47,871 nt of DNA from an uncultured Clostridia bacterium (lineage in GTDB: Bacteria > Bacillota > Clostridia > Oscillospirales > Acutalibacteraceae): contig CAMPBI010000001.1 in NCBI GenBank assembly GCA_946637545.1, positions 1 to 47,871 on the forward strand. Direction: 5' to 3'. Each line of letters opens with the position of its first letter. Positions within the stretch are counted from its first letter, which is position 1. A program made the translations under genes and the position numbers. Shown here piece by piece: positions 44,701 through 47,871 of this stretch. Below the pieces are notes generated by a model. That model worked only from the letters and a program-made list of their open reading frames with translations. It had not been told where the DNA came from and made no database searches.

Positions 44701-47560
44701 CATTGACCTCCATATTACTCTCAACCTTTGTTCCGCCTTCGCGCGCCGTGTACCAGCCGCCAAAGGTGTAGCCGTTGCGTGTAGCTTCGGCAAGGTCGCC
44801 GTAATATGTCGTTTTTCCTGTAACCAGAGTGTAGTTCTTATCCGGCATAGAGGGCGCGCCGTCATAGTTTGCATCAAAATGAAGTATCACATCGGGCATA
44901 TGCCACTGTGCATAGAGTGTGACTGTCGCGCCGTCTACTGTGGTGAGCTTTGCAACAGATTCATTTGCCGCATATTCGTCACCGGAGCCGTTGGGACGGG
45001 TGTTCCAGCCGGAGAGAACGTATCCGCTTCGTGTGAACATAGTGTTGTTAAGCTCGAAGTACTCGGAATACGCCAGATTCTCTTTCGCCGTGAAGCTGTC
45101 AACCGTTTCGTCCTCGCCGGTTGCATCGTTATGAACGGTGGTTGTGCCGAGGTTGCCGTTAAGCACGAGATTATACTTGTGCTCCCTCCACTTCGCATAG
45201 TATGACCATGCGGTGAACACCTCGTTGTTATCAGGATTGTCATCCTTGTTTGCAGCAAGCTGTTCGTCCAGCTTTTTCTCAACGCCGTTTTCGTCGGTAG
45301 CGTACCAGCCGAGGAAGTCATAGCCCGGTCTGACCGGATCCTGAATCTCGCTCGGGTCAAAGCTGACCTCCAGTCCTACTGCGCCGTTGATGGTTTGCAT
45401 AGCAGGAGTCGCGCCCTTTGAAACGAGTGCAATCTTTGATGCACGAACCCATGTGCCTGCATATTGAGGCTTGTAATCACCGAAGAGCTCCAGCGTGGTA
45501 AGCGGGTCGCCGTTTACGGGATAGAGTTCATTTGGCTCAAGGGGGGTATTCATACCCTTATCGGTGCTCATATAATAGTTGCCCTTAAGGTAGCTGAGCT
45601 GGAAGGCATCATCCTCCGGGTCCTTGATTTTAATCCACAGCGCGTCGGGGTCAACGGGCGGAATGTCCTTTTCAATAGACGAATAGCCGCTTGGCGCATA
45701 TGATAACGGTACGTCCGCGCTTACCGCAGGTCTAGACGAATCGTTTGGTCTGTTGGCTTTAGGAACAGCGCCGCAATAATAAGGGCTTAAGGCGACCTCG
45801 GATAACTCCGTGCAGCCAGCAAATATATTCGGCTTTGTCTTTACGCCCGAATTATCGTAATAGCTCTGGAAGCCCTTTGTCATATTGTCATAGGCGGACG
45901 TGAACCAGTAGTTGGTTTCGACCATTGACCTGCCCATATTTGAAAGGTCAAGCTTTTTAAGCGACCAGCAGTCCTGGAAAATTAACGGACCGCCGAGGTT
46001 TGCCCAGAAGCTGCCCAAATCAATCTCTGTCAGACTTTTACAGCCCTGGAACATCATTCGGGTAACCCAGTTACCGGAGCTGTTAGCCTTAAAGCCTAAA
46101 TTTCTCAAATAATCGATGCGTTCCAGTTTGGTGCAGTTTGCAAAGAAATTGTTGAGCTGGTATCTGACGCCGCTGCCCAGATTGGGGTTGTTGCGGTCAA
46201 AGCCTGCTTTTCCGTAATCAGGTGAATTTTCAAGGTAGGGTTCGCCGTCTGCATTTTTGCCGAAGCCATTAATGTGCAGATAATGCAAATCCACATTTTC
46301 AAGTGACGCACAGCCGGATAGGAAGCCGCCGAGCCACACCGCGTTACTCTTGTAACCGTTTTCACAGTATTGTCCGCTGCCGTTCTTGTCGTTCGGTCTG
46401 AACGGGTCGATACCGCCGTTGCGCGGATAGCCCAGATACAATGGTTCCGTGCCGATTTCGAACGGGTCTTCCTCATCGCCGAAAATGATTTCCGTCAGTT
46501 TAGTGTTATTGACGAACATACTCTCGGCTGACGTAACGTGAATCGGGTCATTTTTAACTTTACTCAAGTCGATTTTTGAAAGACCTGTACTGCCCAAGAA
46601 GTTACTCATAAACTCTATGTCGGCAAAGTCAAAGCCGTCCAGCTTAATAGTCTGCAGCCCCGTACAGTTATAGATAAAACAGGTTGAAGATTTAATAGCG
46701 CAGGTGGTTGCGGGATATCCCGACGTCCTTTTTCCGTTTGCGTCGTATGTAATCGTGCCATAGGCGTCGACATTCACGACATTGTCATTAAGACCGGCAA
46801 AGGTGAAATTGGACACATCAAGATTTTCAAGCTTGCCAGAATTGATAAAGCAGTCGAAATTCCGGCATTTTGAGGTGTCCCAGCCTGACAAATCAAGAGA
46901 CTTCAGATATTGATTTTTGAGATTCTCGGTGCCGTCCATAATGTTGTCACCGATGGTACCGGTGTTCGTCTGCCAGAAGGCGAACGCCATATTTTCACAC
47001 TGCGAAACATCGAGGTTTTCAAAATTACCAAACTTTGCGAGATACTTTAAGCCTGAAAACCATCCGGCAATGCTTTTGGGAGCAATCTTATCCTTGAAGG
47101 TAACCTTGCGGATATAATCACCGTTATTTGAATCGTTGTACCAGGGCAATCTGGCAGACTTTGGTGTGTTGCCGAGAGACCACTGATTATAATTCCAGGT
47201 CTTTGAAGGTCTGCCGGTGCTGTCGAACTTATACGTAGTCGTAACGTATTCGATATCGGCAAAATCCGTATAAGGACCCTTGTAGTAGTTATTGTCCTTT
47301 ACATTCTCGCTCTTAAAAACAAGCTCAAGATTATAGTTCTGCTTGTTGGAGGTTTTGTTCATATCGATATAATTCAGGAAGGCATAGATATGACTGCCTG
47401 TAGCCGCTTCTTCACCACTGCCCTGTGAAGCAAGCAGCCCGTTCTCCAGAATAGATGCCATGCCGTTAAACGGCACCAGTAAGCTCGCCGTCATTGCGAG
47501 CACCAGCACTCCTGAAGTAAATCCTTTTAACATCTTTTTCATAAATCTTTGCTTAAACAT
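38777..47560 (-). CDS. Giant (2927 aa) secreted surface protein/adhesin: BspA-type LRRs, about 8 InlB B-repeats, DUF11-like and SpaA-like Ig domains, and an uncharacterised C-terminal domain
   Basis: Signal peptide. LRR-like segments (LKSLDLSGWDTSKC, LENLDVSNF). InlB-B motifs (RPGYDFLGWY, RNGYTFGGWY...LYAHW). DUF11-like IEYSLVVTN...NTAYIT. SpaA-like KKVDANGDGLAGA...PGDYVLHEV. Confidence 0.85.
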   Translation of the reverse strand: MFKQRFMKKMLKGFTSGVLVLAMTASLLVPFNGMASILENGLLASQGSGEEAATGSHIYAFLNYIDMNKTSNKQNYNLELVFKSENVKDNNYYKGPYTDFADIEYVTTTYKFDSTGRPSKTWNYNQWSLGNTPKSARLPWYNDSNNGDYIRKVTFKDKIAPKSIAGWFSGLKYLAKFGNFENLDVSQCENMAFAFWQTNTGTIGDNIMDGTENLKNQYLKSLDLSGWDTSKCRNFDCFINSGKLENLDVSNFTFAGLNDNVVNVDAYGTITYDANGKRTSGYPATTCAIKSSTCFIYNCTGLQTIKLDGFDFADIEFMSNFLGSTGLSKIDLSKVKNDPIHVTSAESMFVNNTKLTEIIFGDEEDPFEIGTEPLYLGYPRNGGIDPFRPNDKNGSGQYCENGYKSNAVWLGGFLSGCASLENVDLHYLHINGFGKNADGEPYLENSPDYGKAGFDRNNPNLGSGVRYQLNNFFANCTKLERIDYLRNLGFKANSSGNWVTRMMFQGCKSLTEIDLGSFWANLGGPLIFQDCWSLKKLDLSNMGRSMVETNYWFTSAYDNMTKGFQSYYDNSGVKTKPNIFAGCTELSEVALSPYYCGAVPKANRPNDSSRPAVSADVPLSYAPSGYSSIEKDIPPVDPDALWIKIKDPEDDAFQLSYLKGNYYMSTDKGMNTPLEPNELYPVNGDPLTTLELFGDYKPQYAGTWVRASKIALVSKGATPAMQTINGAVGLEVSFDPSEIQDPVRPGYDFLGWYATDENGVEKKLDEQLAANKDDNPDNNEVFTAWSYYAKWREHKYNLVLNGNLGTTTVHNDATGEDETVDSFTAKENLAYSEYFELNNTMFTRSGYVLSGWNTRPNGSGDEYAANESVAKLTTVDGATVTLYAQWHMPDVILHFDANYDGAPSMPDKNYTLVTGKTTYYGDLAEATRNGYTFGGWYTAREGGTKVESNMEVNAQYDTLYAHWFENPVVTFDANGGYFETKAGTTNTVIRQYKYNQNFGVIPTPVNNNGTLISWYTKNGTGGDWGDEITSAEDNDGTPIVSASDKAATDTKTYYARWGYQPEFETNGGVYETFGNYPIQDSDKYVVASYQYAQANPTSSIPTLPTFRDEDDFDGWYFNETNITEYLETHDTYTIDMSHGKTVEAHWKTKGIYEVTLHTDGGTLPNSYVGKSGNTEYYRIRVYAGNKVEELPVPSKSEGGTAYEFLGWYTAANGGEKKDYTFVPESSCDLYAHWVAKEVTLTFDAGDGALYLPSDATTTVYSGASVKHLPGANRSGGYIFGGWYSDLGDESTKLTTSTPITSDTTYYAKWITADSNYIQAQDDLYKYTVKWDTVSNEYATNLGDNLVIAPTNGNAALSSTVYIRFAFDKVEAAKDKRELPIGSVKIKVPKYIYQTKDGRKVGSNNIANGLSKTDTANCHFIYDDSDPDYYIITNNEKIDQDSAFNDQVFQIDYRLDPSDLRQVDGGYTDENGYFGGDYFTNTFPAIIQVDRNLNGSLEDSLDTNYQKDLSLEIHTDVSASTSKTRSTVYFEWQEDSWGPAPQDANQYFYVVWDLIATFDSKNTQRFKFSWSEDAVHDGSIVMMKYGTGYSATNYMNPGTYHTTVVTKHPRKTSDSGWKTVYNEAVLNIESLSGYKKQIRVGREDGVYLLPSGPGRMFEKQIFGYSKGTDRIISGGPEMILNRQGVDNLKYEIEYQEYTNSDSEKVWHPSSKTYSVDERDIQITDGAKGHGDVVLSTVSGSDRYNWNCGSNVVLSDSDYSFTELDIYLTEYDAIQVNGEWSEPFVHSSIRDYGDVEIWTRGENDNDFRLFRTLTASDFHEPVQANGEMDDYGAALASEVTLPERTAGYKIVHKSDFYTTKMMVCPTLFLRSTNKVYSFVQDNMVNNVNTLIKNNASLCVDGSEVRDSKRMDQGGAMICSYELKTDESYLYVNTICAEDKKDSSGNDYYQIDSEAGTQEFPVLISAWGLNRAGSAKLMQSGVFYDLLPYNFTVDKSTIFVQGRKERNVQNSMSPHSYNKESTNPNNFPSSLYSVEFVENWENSGRTMMIVTITGIPDNLPPSYTNAINGFNVFFKMKTTMSNVMANGATKINCVAFTDTTEKQTVPVSRDALLSSFDQKTRSYFTGINDANKEFTAYSSNSTHCKLPSQYVTGFTSAVKTEGVFMMEDRTVGLSSDYSYNVTFSDGESEAENVIIYDVIENSYNGSNCEWRGTFESVNVSAIENMEDTSSTSSTPVYCQPKVYYLVKNGTVTPEDLDIVERSELWTDTVPSDKTTIKAVAIDCRTASNGGAFTLPARKALSFNINMHSPDTSEENDLITHNEAIVKALVGGNPNSSRAITNLTLHYANPLIVKDAFPESGEDSSHRAGVANGSTIEYSLVVTNSDKYVPIRNISVEDLLEANLRINSIPKVSKGDDTPVSINSAAGITYSIETQAGGRDKFTATIAQLDPGETMTIILPATVTGAANGDTIDNTAYITSANGGSLNVQSNTTYHSVTNTQAKIKKVDANGDGLAGASLQILSSDKTQVLVDDITSTTDVVSVDLVPGDYVLHEVSTPNNEYYKLAADIPFSIDVEGINKVNNKSVSYVEMVDESVYNIVFHENRPGHDDKVFKTYGPADLESGKIKHFYDIPGFAGDEYVFAGWYHAGGYTESAGSATIAADFESDTYPKTDAENPSDYHLYAKWIEVGKVAKQDDGDTGSYGDAGIRGFGLVGVEIREPGLNDPNYNENETDTTPGGLRFITSLSESLLSEVDSLSSQPAEYGYVVATEENIKKFTANYKVADLTKYKLEYNGRNVNGVDTTGLNENNERFETDAKDNKILARKDLTAENDFIYVTNVNCTKGTGSIKNDHRNFSDYRLYTLIVTYEGDDANKKNQKIDARAYLKYTDANGKVRVFYNNYKKNLYYGGCMSSFNQAKSLARPTDSEWIS

Positions 47561-47775
47561 AGAATACCCCGATTCATAGATAAATTATATAAATATATAA
47601 TATTATATCGAAAATTCAGGTTGAATGCAATTGACACTTGTTACAAAAAATAATAGACGGTTAGCTAATAATTAAAAATTATTTATAAAATATGTACAAA
47701 CATTTCTGTTTTTTGGTATTATCCTCTTTTCTTGTTTCAGACAGAATGATACATTTTTTGAAGCGCGGTTTTGTT

Positions 47776-47792
47776 CTTGCAGGTTCAAGTCC
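47776..47792 (+). repeat. 17-bp inverted copy of the tRNA T-arm region
   Basis: CTTGCAGGTTCAAGTCC (47776-47792) is the exact reverse complement of 47851-47867. Confidence 0.9.
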
Positions 47793-47799
47793 CTTAATT

Positions 47800-47837
47800 A
47801 ATAACAGCCAAGCACATGAAGGTGCTCGGCTGTTATT
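47800..47837 (-). terminator. Long hairpin immediately 3' of the tRNA
   Basis: AATAACAGCCAAGCAC-atgaag-GTGCTCGGCTGTTATT, a 16-bp stem with one G-U pair on the minus strand; the U-tract is weak. Confidence 0.65.
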
Positions 47838-47871
47838 GGTGCGGGTAACAGGACTTGAACCTGCAAGGATT
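47837..47871 (-). tRNA. tRNA 3' portion with encoded CCA, probably tRNA-Leu; truncated by window edge
   Basis: The minus strand reads ...AATCCTTGCAGGTTCAAGTCCTGTTACCCGCACCA: T-loop GGTTCAAGTCC, acceptor strand, discriminator A and CCA. The anticodon is outside the window, so Leu is inferred. Confidence 0.8.

Noticed and set aside
36600-47871. Integrated genomic island or prophage at the tRNA
   Set aside because: No integrase, and no direct repeat of the tRNA 3' end was found in the intergenic regions at the far side. Only the nearby inverted copy exists.
1-47871. CRISPR array, IS element or rRNA
   Set aside because: No regularly spaced repeats, transposase motifs or rRNA-like sequence were seen, and the intergenic regions are too short.

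Overview
This is a gene-dense chromosomal segment from an anaerobic, probably spore-forming Bacillota bacterium (Clostridia; the Oscillospirales/Eubacterium-like assignment is inferred from gene content). The first ~30 kb is mostly housekeeping: a K+-dependent membrane pyrophosphatase, xth, the SCIFF ranthipeptide pair scfA-scfB, an aconitase-isocitrate dehydrogenase-rex operon with a Rex-like box over its -35, thrH, alaS, ackA divergent from tmcAL, cdaA-cdaR, two secreted peptidoglycan hydrolases, a stand-alone E2-type acyltransferase beside a CoA-transferase, and two small spore-coat genes. The right part holds the most interesting material. (i) A tight minus-strand operon runs alpha/beta hydrolase - GH36 galactosidase - EF-G/TetM-like GTPase fused to a Rae1/YacP NYN nuclease - bacterial PARG. 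(ii) A surface-protein cassette downstream of a tRNA-Leu encodes a 2927-aa LRR/InlB-repeat/DUF11/SpaA protein, a DUF6273 protein with a DGR-variable-region-like segment, and a 53-aa YxxP-motif peptide with its own perfect sigma-A promoter and terminator. A 17-bp inverted copy of the tRNA T-arm lies just beyond the tRNA. No integrase, transposase, reverse transcriptase or CRISPR array was seen. Family assignments come from motif recognition only; no database searches were run.
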